A stretch of 63,818 nucleotides of DNA, the filler included, from Octopus bimaculoides (lineage: Eukaryota), in assembly GCF_001194135.2 (NCBI RefSeq). It is 6 parts of 5 records of this genome, joined end to end, with 100 filler letters (N's around TTAATTAATTAA, not from the genome) between each part and the next. Parts side by side here need not be neighbours in the genome. Positions count along the whole stretch, not along the records: positions 1 to 23,743 come from NC_068991.1; positions 23,844 to 30,258 come from NC_068984.1; 4 more parts are not named here. One strand, given 5' to 3'. The notes beneath the pieces were generated by a model, which was given only the letters and a program-made list of their open reading frames with translations, searched no databases and was not told where the DNA came from. The translations under genes and the position numbers were made by a program. This document shows positions 12,960-24,683 of the stretch, piece by piece (positions within the stretch are counted from its first letter, which is position 1; every line of letters starts with the position of its first letter).

Positions 12960-13110
12960 ATATTAGTTTCAAATTTCGACACAAGGCCAGCAATTTCGAA
13001 GGTAGGTGTAAGTCAAATACATCAATCCTAATGCTCGACTCATACTTATTTTATCGATTCTGAAGGAATGGAAGGCAAAATCGACGTCGACGGAATTTGA
13101 AGTCAACATC
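12960..13110 (-). mobile_element. Second, 5'-truncated SINE family A copy in tandem
   Basis: GACACAAGGCCAGCAATTTC...TTTTATCGATTCTGAAGGAATGGAAGGCAAAATCGACG...GGAATTTGAA. Confidence 0.7.
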
Positions 13111-13788
13111 TAGAGAATATCGGTGACAATGTTTAAGTGAAACGTTACACAATTTGAACACTTTACTATACCATATTAAAAAAGAAAGACTATCGTACAG
13201 TGTAGTCTTTGATATACACAAGAGAACATCATTTGCGCTCTATTGTACGTCTCTAGCCCATTTTATCATTGGTCTGATTGATCAGAGCTGATCGGAAATA
13301 AAAACAGCAAAAGCCTGTCTTAAAAAAATTTTTTAATCTTTTAAATTTTGTAAAAATATATCAGGAAGTTATATATATATATAGATATTCTTACTTTTAT
13401 TCTTATTTTTAATGAAGATATCTCAGAATTTGTATGATTAAGTTGGATCTGTTAATAATAATAATAATATAAAGAAAAATAGCCTGAGGATATACTGGTG
13501 GATTTATGTATTAGGTATAGCCTGGTAAAACAAACCACCAGCGCAGAAACATGTGTAGCGTTGATTAACATTATCTTCTTTCCCCACAGACTAATAACAG
13601 GTAAGGTATATATATTTTTTAACATGTATTTCAATAATTTTTAATTATTTCTAACGTATTTTATTTTATTGTACGATATTGTAGGATTTAAAATTATTAT
13701 ATTATTAGATTAGTATCTAATATATTATTACATTAGTATATACTACGATATAGTAAGATTGAAAATGATTATATTATTAGATTAGTAT

Positions 13789-13989
13789 TTCTATGTGTAC
13801 TCCAGAAAATAAGGTTGTCCTGAAATTGAAGTTGTGGTCCTATTGGTAAAATCCCAAATTTGTAATAATAATGTTATAACTGATATTGTTTGCTGTGTAT
13901 TACTAAAGTGTAAAATAGTAAATATCCTGATAACTTGGAATAATTAGTATTCCCTATGTTTTTTTAAAATATATCTATATCTATATCTA

Positions 13990-14032
<43 letters not shown>

Positions 14033-14036
14033 ATAC

Positions 14037-14071
<35 letters not shown>

Positions 14072-14074
14072 AAG

Positions 14075-14135
<61 letters not shown>

Positions 14136-14330
14136 TACATATAGGTATATTTTAAAAAAATATAGGGAATACTAATTATTCCAAGTTATCAGGATATTTA
14201 CTATTTTGCACTTTAGTAATGCAAAGCAAACAGTATCAGTTATAACATTATTATTACAAATTTGGGATTTTACCAATAGGACCACAACTTCAATTTCAGG
14301 ACAACCTTATTTTCTGGAGTACACATAGAA
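13789..14330. repeat. ~540-bp fold-back palindrome: ~195-bp unique arms around a self-complementary (TCTA)n-(TA)n-(GA)n-(GATA)n core
   Basis: 13789-13980 is the reverse complement of 14135-14330 with about six substitutions counted by eye. The right arm runs into a 10-N gap. Confidence 0.93.
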
Positions 14331-14340
14331 NNNNNNNNNN

Positions 14341-14407
<67 letters not shown>

Positions 14408-14874
14408 TATGTGTGCGTGTGGGTGTGTATGTGTAAATGTAATGAACGATGGTTAGATTTGAAATGAGAGAGGGAGAGAATATCTTTAGATGAAAAGACA
14501 AAAGGCTTTCTATATTTTAGGAAGGAATGAGTGACTTGGAAACGCTAGATTCCACTTCACCGTGGCACCATACTAATTTATCGAATCTGGCCATCAGTTT
14601 TGAATACGTTTAGCCTACGCAGACCATCACCAGTTTTCTAGCAATGTTGTTTTTACATCTATATATAAATATATACACAGCTGTTCCTTTTTATGACTTT
14701 TCGTCGATGGATCGACACTGCTCTGCTACTCCCATGACATTTCACAATCATGTATACACACATATATCCAGATAAATTTGTGTATGTACATGTGTATGTT
14801 GAAATCTATCTGTCTGTCTGTCTATCTATCTATCTAACTAACTATCTATTTATCAAACTCTCTTTCTCTCTCTC

Positions 14875-14906
<32 letters not shown>

Positions 14907-15641
14907 NNNNNNNNNNNNNNNNNNNNNNNNNNNNNNNNNNNNNNNNNNNNNNNNNNNNNNNNNNNNNNNNNNNNNNNNNNNNNNNNNNNNNNNNNNNNNN
15001 NNNNNNNNNNNNNNNNNNNNNNNNNNNNNNNNNNNNNNNNNNNNNNNNNNNNNNNNNNNNNNNNNNNNNNNNNNNNNNNNNNNNNNNNNNNNNNNNNNNN
15101 NNNNNNNNNNNNNNNNNNNNNNNNNNNNNNNNNNNNNNNNNNNNNNNNNNNNNNNNNNNNNNNNNNNNNNNNNNNNNNNNNNNNNNNNNNNNNNNNNNNN
15201 NNNNNNNNNNNNNNNNNNNNNNNNNNNNNNNNNNNNNNNNNNNNNNNNNNNNNNNNNNNNNNNNNNNNNNNNNNNNNNNNNNNNNNNNNNNNNNNNNNNN
15301 NNNNNNNNNNNNNNNNNNNNNNNNNNNNNNNNNNNNNNNNNNNNNNNNNNNNNNNNNNNNNNNNNNNNNNNNNNNNNNNNNNNNNNNNNNNNNNNNNNNN
15401 NNNNNNNNNNNNNNNNNNNNNNNNNNNNNNNNNNNNNNNNNNNNNNNNNNNNNNNNNNNNNNNNNNNNNNNNNNNNNNNNNNNNNNNNNNNNNNNNNNNN
15501 NNNNNNNNNNNNNNNNNNNNNNNNNNNNNNNNNNNNNNNNNNNNNNNNNNNNNNNNNNNNNNNNNNNNNNNNNNNNNNNNNNNNNNNNNNNNNNNNNNNN
15601 NNNNNNNNNNNNNNNNNNNNNNNNNNNNNNNNNNNNNNNNN

Positions 15642-15692
<51 letters not shown>

Positions 15693-15974
15693 TTAAAGGT
15701 ATGTATATATATAAGTGCATGTATACTTGTGTCATACAGTTTATGTGTCTGGATGTTTGAGTTTGATGAAATTTATAAATTGTTGCGATGCACAAGGATA
15801 TATTCGAGTATAATATTTGAAATGTTTTTGTTCGGTATGGTAAAGCCATTCCGGAAATTCGGGTAGACTGGTAAATTAATGAGGTCGATCCCATTTTAAA
15901 CCCAATTCAAATTTCCTCAGTTGATATATATGTCCACCGAATCGGATTTATTCTTTATTCATTTCTTCTATTTT

Positions 15975-16130
15975 TTGTTTTCGTTATTCGACTGCGGTTA
16001 ACCAAGGAGTCAGCAGAGGTTTTAGCGGATCAAATTGACTCCAATGCTTACTTTATGTGTAGTACTTAATCTGACGCCCTCTTATGGCTCAACTACTAAG
16101 TTGTGTGGATATAAGCAGATCAGAGCAGAC
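15975..16130 (-). mobile_element. Highly degenerate SINE family B 3' portion
   Basis: TTCGACTGCGG...GGATCAAATTGACTCC...TAGTACTTAATC...ACTAAGTTG resembles 35420-35560. Confidence 0.45.
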
Positions 16131-16257
16131 AAAACCAAGCATGGAGCTCACACACACTTGCACGTACGTACGTACACACACACACACATGTGCATACATA
16201 CGTACGTACCTATATGCATATATATATAAATCATATATAATTCATGCGCACACACAC

Positions 16258-16313
<56 letters not shown>

Positions 16314-16316
<3 letters not shown>

Positions 16317-17926
16317 GGTTGTCTACTCCTTATGCAAAGTTTGACCACCTCCTGTACCTACACATTAGAACCATCATGGCATCTGATGTGGCTTTTTAAA
16401 CCAGACAATATTCTGATAAGACACCTACACAGATTGCATATCCGATTTGCACCACCAAGAGCTGCAAATAAGTTCTGATCTTTGTGGATCTTAAAATGTC
16501 TTTTGAGGCCTCTGTTAGATTTGCGAACTTTCTAGCATACATTGCTTTCAAAAGTATGCACAGACATGTTGGCAGAATAGTTGGTGGAGGTTCGCTTTCC
16601 ATGGGTTCACAAAAAAGACTTGAGCCCAGCCAAAGGAAGGCATGGTCTGTCACAAACTGTGCACAAAAAGATCATTGTGATTCACCTTCTCGATCGTAAC
16701 ATTCTTCCTTAAATCTCTTTTAAATCTTGCAAGCGTTATCCTGGCCTGTTCAAACGCTTTCACTCCACGCTTTTGTTCGTTATCCAGCTCGATCCGAAGC
16801 AAGAGTTTCTATGTCATATGGATCTATTGTAAGTGAATTCATAGTAGTCCTTATGCTGTCCTTAAACCTATTTTTAGGTTTACACCGATAGCGTTTCCCC
16901 TCTGCAGGCTCACCATAAAACAACTGTTTGGGTATGCGTTTATCCGCCATTCGAACAATATGGCCACACCATCTCATTTGATTTCTCAAAATCATTACTT
17001 TAATTGAGGTGATGCCTGCAGATGCAAAGACATCTGTGTTTTGAGTAAAACAACTCCATTTAATGTTTAAAATGCGATGATGGCATTTTTGGTGGAATTG
17101 CTATAACAATTTTAAATATTTTATAACATGTTTATGTTTTTACAAGAATACAACAGAAATGGTAAGACAAATGATTTGTAAAGAACCAACTTTCTATTGT
17201 TATCTATGTTGCTGGCGCCAAACACGTGACTCCAGCTGTTGCTGTCCTTTCAATTCGCAGATGTATTTCTGTATCAAGATTTCCATCATTTTGAACAGAG
17301 CTTCCAAGGTAGATGAACGAATCAACAACGTCAACAACCCTTAACAAAATTTTAGTGGGGTTACAAACAGCACCACACTCAGGTTGATGCATTACAACTG
17401 TTTTTTTTTTTTAAGTTGATAGTCAAGTCAAAATCATCACAAGCTGAGTCAAATGCAGATACAAGAGGTTGCAGACCTGTTTCAGCATGACTGACAAGAC
17501 CACAATCATCAGCGTATAAATGTTCCCTAATGAGTGAAGTAAAGACCTTCGTTTTGAATTTCAGTCTGGTCAGATTAAAAAACATTCCCTGTTGTTCGAT
17601 ATTTTATGTAAATATCCTCCTCAGAGTTTTGAAAAGCCTGTGACAACACAACAGCAAAGTATATTGCAAAGATGGTGGGAGCATCAAGGTCTCCTTGCTT
17701 TACTCCATTTTCCACGGCAAAATATTCAGAGAGCCTCCACCTAAGTTAACTCTAGCTTTCATATCTTGATGCAAAACCCTGATCATGTTTACAAATTTTT
17801 CTGGGCAACCTATTTTCCTTAGAGTTAGCCACAGAACATTTCGATTAACAGTATCGAATGCTTTGCTCAAATCAATAAAGCAATGGTATAGGGCAAGATT
17901 CTGTTCAATGCACTTTTCTTGAAATT
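16314..17926 (-). mobile_element. RTE-clade LINE, 3' ~1.6 kb, decayed (RT C-terminal half plus three C2H2 fingers), ending on (AT)n
   Basis: Minus-strand peptides: LYADDCGLVSH (RT YADD), FIYLGS, MRWCGHIVRMADKRIPKQLFYGE, then CTVCDRPC..GLKS, NVC*KVRKSNRGLKRHFKIH and CNLCRC..SGLKSHIRCH. Frameshifts and stops are present. Confidence 0.92.
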
Positions 17927-17937
17927 NNNNNNNNNNT

Positions 17938-18085
17938 AAACCCGATCGAAAATCTATGGAGTGTTCTGAAGAGGAAGATATATCAAGAGAGATGCGCTCT
18001 GGGAAGCTATTGTGGATGCTGCTGACAGTATTACACCAGATGAAACAGTTACCTTGACAAATTCAATGGTTAAATGCGCCATGGA
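17938..18085 (+). mobile_element. Tc1-like transposase C-terminal fragment
   Basis: AACCCGATCGAAAATCTATGGAGTGTTCTGAAGAGGAAG translates to NPIENLWSVLKRK. Confidence 0.7.
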
Positions 18086-18089
18086 GTTC

Positions 18090-18930
18090 TCTCATTTGTA
18101 AGATCATACATCTATCATTAAGAACTTTGTGACGTCATATTTCTTGTATTATTTCCATTCAAACATCTTGTTCATTATAAAGTCCGCTCTTGTTTTCGTC
18201 TTCTTTAAAAGGAAACAATGAAGAGTCGCTATTGCGTTGCTGTATGTGTCTGAGAGAAATATGTGAAGAGTTCCTTAATGTCTTTCAATAGCAGGATGGA
18301 CCAATCTACCACTGGAAGGCATAGTGCCACCAAGTTAAAATGTCACTCTCAATAAATATTCACAGATTTTAGGCAAGTAAATTGCATTTAGGCAAGTGAA
18401 TTACAACTGAGGCGAGATCTGCCATTTTTCCAGACAGCGAAAATCATTTATAAAATTATTCGAACGCTCTTGACTAAAATAGTGTTGGTGCCACATTTCC
18501 TTCGGGTATGTATTTAGGTTCTGTAGAATATTCACTACCTCTACTAATTTCACCTTCGTCACTGACCATTTCATCATCCAGGGAAACCAGTTCATCATTT
18601 AAAGGAAATGACAATGGCATTTGTTTCATCACGTTGAATGGTCTACGTACTGAATACAGGATTGGAGAGACAGTGTGGTGTTTGTTCAATACAGAAACCC
18701 CATTTATGTTAACACTGCAAAAACTAAAAATCAGTATGAACTTTCTTCTGCTCATATCATGGGTATGGTAAAATAAAACATTCGCTTTCTCTTCTTGTTC
18801 AGCCAATCATGTGGTGGACTTGAGTAAACGGAGCAGATTCAATGTATTTTCCACTGCTTATCTTGATCATTTATATGACAACCAATTTCCATAAAATCCG
18901 TTGTGATAGAACCTCGTTGATCTTAGTTGT
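18090..18930 (-). mobile_element. Chapaev3-like (CMC superfamily) transposase N-terminal fragment, decayed
   Basis: Across frameshifts the minus strand gives DQDKQWKIH, WLNKKRKR..FTIPMI*, HTDF.FCSVNINGVSVLNKH...PILYSVRRP, FSQERSNNFIND and KELFTYFSQ. These match the DQDKxWAPH / PMIWREP / DCYFC / FSQxELNDLIRDL motif order I associate with Chapaev3. Confidence 0.65.
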
Positions 18931-19478
18931 AAAACTATCACAAACGTAATAAATACACATGTATTCACAAGACATGCTGATTAAATTATTATTATCTGAA
19001 GAAATATTATGAAAAATATAAAATATTTCAAATATAATTATAAAGACAATATAGTTAGTCTCATCTCAAAAATATGTGCTATTAAAAACCAAAGAGAATT
19101 TTATATCAGAATCAAAACTGCAGCAATGACCCCAAAAAGGTGTCCTCAACTACCTTACGTACCCAGTATACACTTTCTCATCGACTTACAACCATCCGCA
19201 CTTGCGTCGATAAAAAATAAGGAAATAATAAAGTAAATAAATACAGAATCGATTTTCACACGTTGGGCAGCTGCGCGCACGATAATTATGGTAGCATCTG
19301 GCAAAACAGGTCTCTCTGAGATCCAGGCATCCACCGCCTGCCACTGTATCACATTCAGTCGCTTTCAAGCATCAGCTGCGTTTGAATGAAAATAGTGTTG
19401 AAAAATATAAATCCGACATTCGACCAGATCGACTTACGACCTGTCAGTCAGAACGGAACTCTGTCATAAGTCGAAGAT

Positions 19479-19523
<45 letters not shown>

Positions 19524-19525
19524 TA

Positions 19526-20126
19526 TCTATGTACTACTAAAACTCTGAGATTGCTTGATTGCTTGCGTGCGTGCTTGTCTGTAATTCAATATAGCTAAAC
19601 CGGCGCATAATGGGAAAATACTCTGAAAGTAAGAAACCCCTGAAATATGAATACAAACGGGATAAAACAAGTTTTGTGTAAATCGGAACACAGATTCCCG
19701 AAATTCTTGGATTTGTGGGTACCTTCATAAATGGCCAAAATGGTGCATAATGGGAAAATACTAGGAAAGTAACATAACCCTGAAATGGAAATATATAATA
19801 CTGCGAAAATTGTTTCCAATAATTTTATGTTTACGCTATATAACAATTCCTTTTGAATTTTTGCAGAAGTGTGCACATATGCCATAAATAAATGCTATTA
19901 CTGGAGATCAAGTTTATCCCGGAAGTTCTATTTCTATTAGATGCTGTAAATAATCAATAAAACCTTAAATATGAACTTGTAAACTAGACCTATGCTGACA
20001 CGAACTAATTGAAATATTTAACTGAATCATCATAAAATTAACTTTCATTTCAATGCAATATTGAAACCAGCTTCAATGTTTTCTAACCTAAACCATCAAT
20101 GACCCAACGGGTCACGGGTAATCTAG
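19526..20126 (+). mobile_element. Non-autonomous Helitron, apparently complete (601 bp)
   Basis: A|TCTATGTACTACTAAAA 5' end; subterminal hairpin GACCC-AAC-GGGTC at 20101-20113; 3' end CTAG|T at 20123-20126. Internal ~50-bp direct repeat at ~19603 and ~19743. Confidence 0.8.
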
Positions 20127-20139
20127 TATATATAAATAT

Positions 20140-21540
20140 ATAAAACAGCGTACCCAAAAGTAACAGGAAACATTTTCTGTGGAACAAACCCGTTGTAGTT
20201 CAGGCTTCCGCCGCTAGAAACTACTTGACGCAACCCTTAGACATCAGTATACCGAGCGGTGTCTTCCGGTGAAGTCGTTCTGTTACGTGGTGCGTCTGTG
20301 TTTTGCTGTGCTTCTCCCTTGTACGGCGATTTTTGCTATGGCTGAAACGAAGGAACAGTGTGCTTCCGTGAAATTCTGTTTTCTGACTGGTAAACCGGCG
20401 GTCGACAGCTGCCGTGCTTCAAACAGCTTACAAGGGCGCTGCCATGAGTAAAACATAAATTTACGAGTGGTTTCCATGCTTTAGGAATGGTCATTTGTCG
20501 CTTGAAGACCAGCTTCGTTCAGGACAACCGTCTGCAAAACATTTTCCTTTAAGGACTTCTTTCATTCGGGGAAACAAAAAGGTCGCAGGGAGCAAGATCG
20601 GGTGAATAGGGAGAGTGGGGAAGCGGGATCATGCCATTTTCGGTCAATAACTGTCTTACACACGGAGCGATGTGTGCAGGCACATTGTTGTGATTAAACC
20701 ACCACACTCCATTTTGCCACAGGTCGGGGCGTTTTTATTTCATTGCGTCTCGTAAATACTTCAGAAAAATCTCTGGTTAACAGTTTGTCCAGGAGAAACA
20801 AATTTTTGGTGAACAATTCCTTTCGCATCGATGAAACAAATCATCATCGTCTTGACATTGGACTTCACTTGAATTATTTTTTTAAGGCATAGTGAAATTG
20901 AATGCTTCCATAGACTTGATTGCTGCTTCGTGTCCGGTCCATAGCCGAAGAACCATCTTTCTTCACCAATGATGACTTTCGCAAAAAGGTCCGGATCAAC
21001 CTCCAGCTGTTTTTTCAGTTCACGGTGACACGTATTCAGTTGTGACTGCGTTTAATCTTCCATAAGCAAGCGAGGCACAAATTTTGCTGCAACGCTTTTC
21101 ACTCGTAATTCCTCGCTCAAGATTCTTTGGCAAGAGCTTCATGACACACCAGCCATATCAACAAGCTCATTAATTGTTCGGCGACGGTCGTCCAAGATCA
21201 CTTTATGAATTTTCGTGATGCTTTCATTCGTTCGGGAGGTTGACACTCGCTCTAAACGAGGGTTGTCTTCAAGCGACAAGTGACCATTTCTAAAGGTGAA
21301 AACCACTCGTGAACTTGTGTTTTGCTCATGGCAGAATTCTTGTAAGCTGTTTGAAGCATGACGACTGTTTCGGGAGTAGGAAACAGAATTTCACGGAAGC
21401 ACACTGTTCCTTCGTTTCAACCATTGCAAAAATCGACGAACAGGGGCGAAGCACTGCAAAACAAAGACGCACCACGTTGCAACACAACTTCACCTGAAGG
21501 TGCATCAATTGGCTTATAGCGTCGGATGCCTGAACAACAT
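20140..21540 (-). mobile_element. Rearranged mariner: near-complete minus-strand transposase plus an inverted copy of the 5' end (20140-20540, + strand)
   Basis: Minus strand gives [22 protein letters not shown] and PYSPDLAPCD. The plus strand at 20338 gives [16 protein letters not shown]. The junction lies near 20535-20540. Confidence 0.85.
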
Positions 21541-21577
21541 ACATACATATATACATATAAACACACACATATATATT

Positions 21578-21673
<96 letters not shown>

Positions 21674-21699
21674 TGTATGTATAGACCACCATTCCATAC

Positions 21700-22300
21700 T
21701 CCTCTTAAAAGGAGCATCACTCAGAGCCCTCAAAGAAACCTCAAGCGCTGGGCTCACTATCATCGAAGAGTTCGCTTGTTAAAGATGGATCCATGGCATA
21801 ACTAGGAACGCATCCCAAAGACTAACCTTTCTCTTTAGGGCCAGAAAATATTTCAGCCCCCAAGAGCTGCTGACACTCACCACGGTCCAAAGGAGGCTCA
21901 CATCCGGGTCGATTCTGCTACCTACATATACAGACATCCTGGACCGTATCTAGAAAAGAGCGACATGAGTATTTGGCACTGCAACTCTCAAAGATAATTT
22001 CCAGCTTGTCCAAAAAGCTTGCTGTCTCCTCTCTCTTTCTCATCTCTCGCTCCAAAAATGGTCTTTGCTCATAGCAGTTGGCTAATATTTTACCCCCGCT
22101 ACTCAGCCACCCATGACTTACTCGTCTTTTTATCTCTTGTCATCACTGGTTCATCGAAACCTTTCAGTTCCGCATTAAGCTAATTCCAGTTCTTTCCACC
22201 CGCTAACATCGGCTCACTGGAATCTTCTCCATGTTCATGTCTTCTTTGCTGATGTTGACCTGCAATCGTTTAAACGGAATATTAAAGAGAGACGCTGATG
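21700..22300 (+). mobile_element. CR1/L2-group LINE RT C-terminal remnant
   Basis: Translates to NASQRLTFLFRARKYFSPQELLTL and HWNLLHVHVFFADVDLQSFKRNIK; heavily frameshifted. Confidence 0.65.
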
Positions 22301-22479
22301 CTGGACACTACTGATTGCTGGGACAGGATGACCTTGGTAGCCAGTCACGTGTAATACAGCGATCGGTATTAGCACGACTGTCCCATAGGAATATTTGTAT
22401 TAGATGAGGATTTGCATTACCAATTATTCGCATCACCAACAATAACTCCATCCGTGTCGGCGCCATCGTTATAATATTT

Positions 22480-22495
22480 CCATCATCACCATCAT

Positions 22496-22527
<32 letters not shown>

Positions 22528-22590
22528 GTATCATCCTCATCATCATCCCCATCATCATCATCGTCGTCGTCGTCGTCGTCGTTATCGCTG
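22480..22590. repeat. Compound triplet repeat (CAT)n(CAG)n(CAT)n(CGT)n
   Basis: Direct reading of the sequence. Confidence 0.95.
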
Positions 22591-23198
22591 TCAATGTCGT
22601 CGCTATTCAGATTCTCTTTCAGATGCTACTGCAAATGCAAACGGCATCAAATTGTAGCAATTGCTATCCTGCCACGCACACACAGACACAGACACAATTA
22701 CAAACACAAATACACACGTGCACACACGCGCACAAGCACGCACCGCACACACGCGCACAAGCACGCACCGCACACATATACAACACATACACCGAAACAA
22801 TCACACCACATATAGATAGATAGCTAGATAGATTTGAACACTTGTACCCACTCAGGCACACACACACATACAGACTCACACACACACATACAGACGCACA
22901 CACACACACACGCATACACACACACACACGCACACATTCACACACACACATACATATATATAATTTTGTTTTCATGTATAAATGTTTATAAGAACAGTCA
23001 AACATTACACTTAAGGATTAAGGACCGCACAGTATGTTTCGACAGAGCAACATACGTGTTTTATATTTACAAAGAAATTCTTGCGTTCAAAATATTACTT
23101 TCTTGTCTGTATTACTTTCTTATCTGCATAATATGAAGCATATTCCACGCTTCCAAACACGCAAAAAAAGTATGTTTACACATATATTGTTGCGTGTA

Positions 23199-23256
<58 letters not shown>

Positions 23257-23266
23257 NNNNNNNNNN

Positions 23267-23317
<51 letters not shown>

Positions 23318-23787
23318 AAATATGATGGCCTATCCCGTCGAAGACATTCTTTGAGTGTTCAGCTTTTGCCGAACGACCTGCACAAATGATTTATTTATAG
23401 AAATGAAAAACTTCGTGTCGCACATTAGCTTACTCTCTCCATCAAATCGACGTTGCATGAAAATTTTCACGGTGTACCACTCGTCAGGTGATCCCAGAGC
23501 AACGTGAGATGAAATGCTTTGCTGAAGAACACAACGCACCATCTGGTCTATTAACTGAAATCACGACCACTGCTTATATTATGAGAGTTTGATGAGCTGT
23601 TCAACCGGACATGCCAATGCATTGTGGTTGGTAACATTGAAAGTTATGTCACCCACGCAACCAAACATTTTATCTATTTTTATTTGTTGCTATTCTGTTT
23701 TCTTTTATTAAAACTGAAGAAATATCAAAACGTATAAATATGCNNNNNNNNNNNNNNNNNNNNNNNNNNNNNNNNNNNNNNNNNNNN

Positions 23788-23799
23788 TTAATTAATTAA
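23788..23799. other. Artificial assembly linker TTAATTAATTAA inside an N-run (also 30303, 51053, 54442, 60605)
   Basis: An identical palindromic 12-mer with stops in all six frames is centred in five separate gaps. Confidence 0.92.
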
Positions 23800-23879
23800 N
23801 NNNNNNNNNNNNNNNNNNNNNNNNNNNNNNNNNNNNNNNNNNNTATATATATGTTTGTGTATCTGTTTTTGTCCCTCTC

Positions 23880-24264
23880 AAACTACTGCCGATATCAACA
23901 AAGCATGCGGAGAGGAGTCCGGAAGTAATCGCACAGTACGAAGGTCGTTTCAGAAATTCCATAATGATGATCAGAGTCTTGTGGATGAAGAAGGTAGAGG
24001 ACGGTCAAGACAATGAACAATTGAAAGCAATTGATGAACAAAACCCACGTCAAAGTTTCAGAGAAATGTCTCAGGCACTTGGTGTCGATATTGCAACGGT
24101 CTCACGCAATCTGCAGAAGATTGGTAAAGTGAAAAAGCTCGATAAATGGGTTCCACATGAACTCAATGAAAATCAAAAAGTTCGGCGTTTTGAAGTGTGG
24201 TCGATGGTCTTTGTGCGAAACACCAATAATCCTTTTCTTGACTGAATAGTCACTTGTGACGAAA
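23880..24264 (+). mobile_element. Mariner transposase fragment (HTH to first catalytic D)
   Basis: RTVRRSFQKF, LQKIGKVKKLDKWVPHELNENQK and IVTCDE. Confidence 0.88.
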
Positions 24265-24478
24265 TCTTGAGAAGCACATGTGACGAAATCTTGAGAAGTA
24301 CATGTAACAAATAGGAGCTGCAATAAGGGTGGAGCACTTGCAGGAAACAGCACACTTGGAACCGCTCGAATACTCCGGATGGTGCTCGAGAAATAAGAGG
24401 TGTTAGCTTCGTTCACTGGCAGTGAACAACTGACACTGTAGTACATCTCTAGCGTTAGCAGCTGTGTATTGACAATAA
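24265..24478 (+). mobile_element. R4/Dong-like retrotransposon 3' end (same family as 51.1-53.5 kb)
   Basis: ACAAATAGGAGCTGC...CTTGGAACCGCTCGAATACTCCGG...AAATAAGAGGTGTT aligns to 53284-53450 and is followed by (AAT)n. Confidence 0.88.
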
Positions 24479-24533
<55 letters not shown>

Positions 24534-24604
24534 TTAATAGTAGTAGTAGTAGTGGTAGTAGTGGTAGTGGTGGTGGTAGTAGTAGTAGTAACAACAACAA
24601 CAAC

Positions 24605-24682
<78 letters not shown>
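24479..24682. repeat. Compound triplet array (AAT)n(AGT/GGT)n(AAC)n(AAT)n
   Basis: Direct reading of the sequence. Confidence 0.97.
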
Positions 24683-24683
<1 letters not shown>

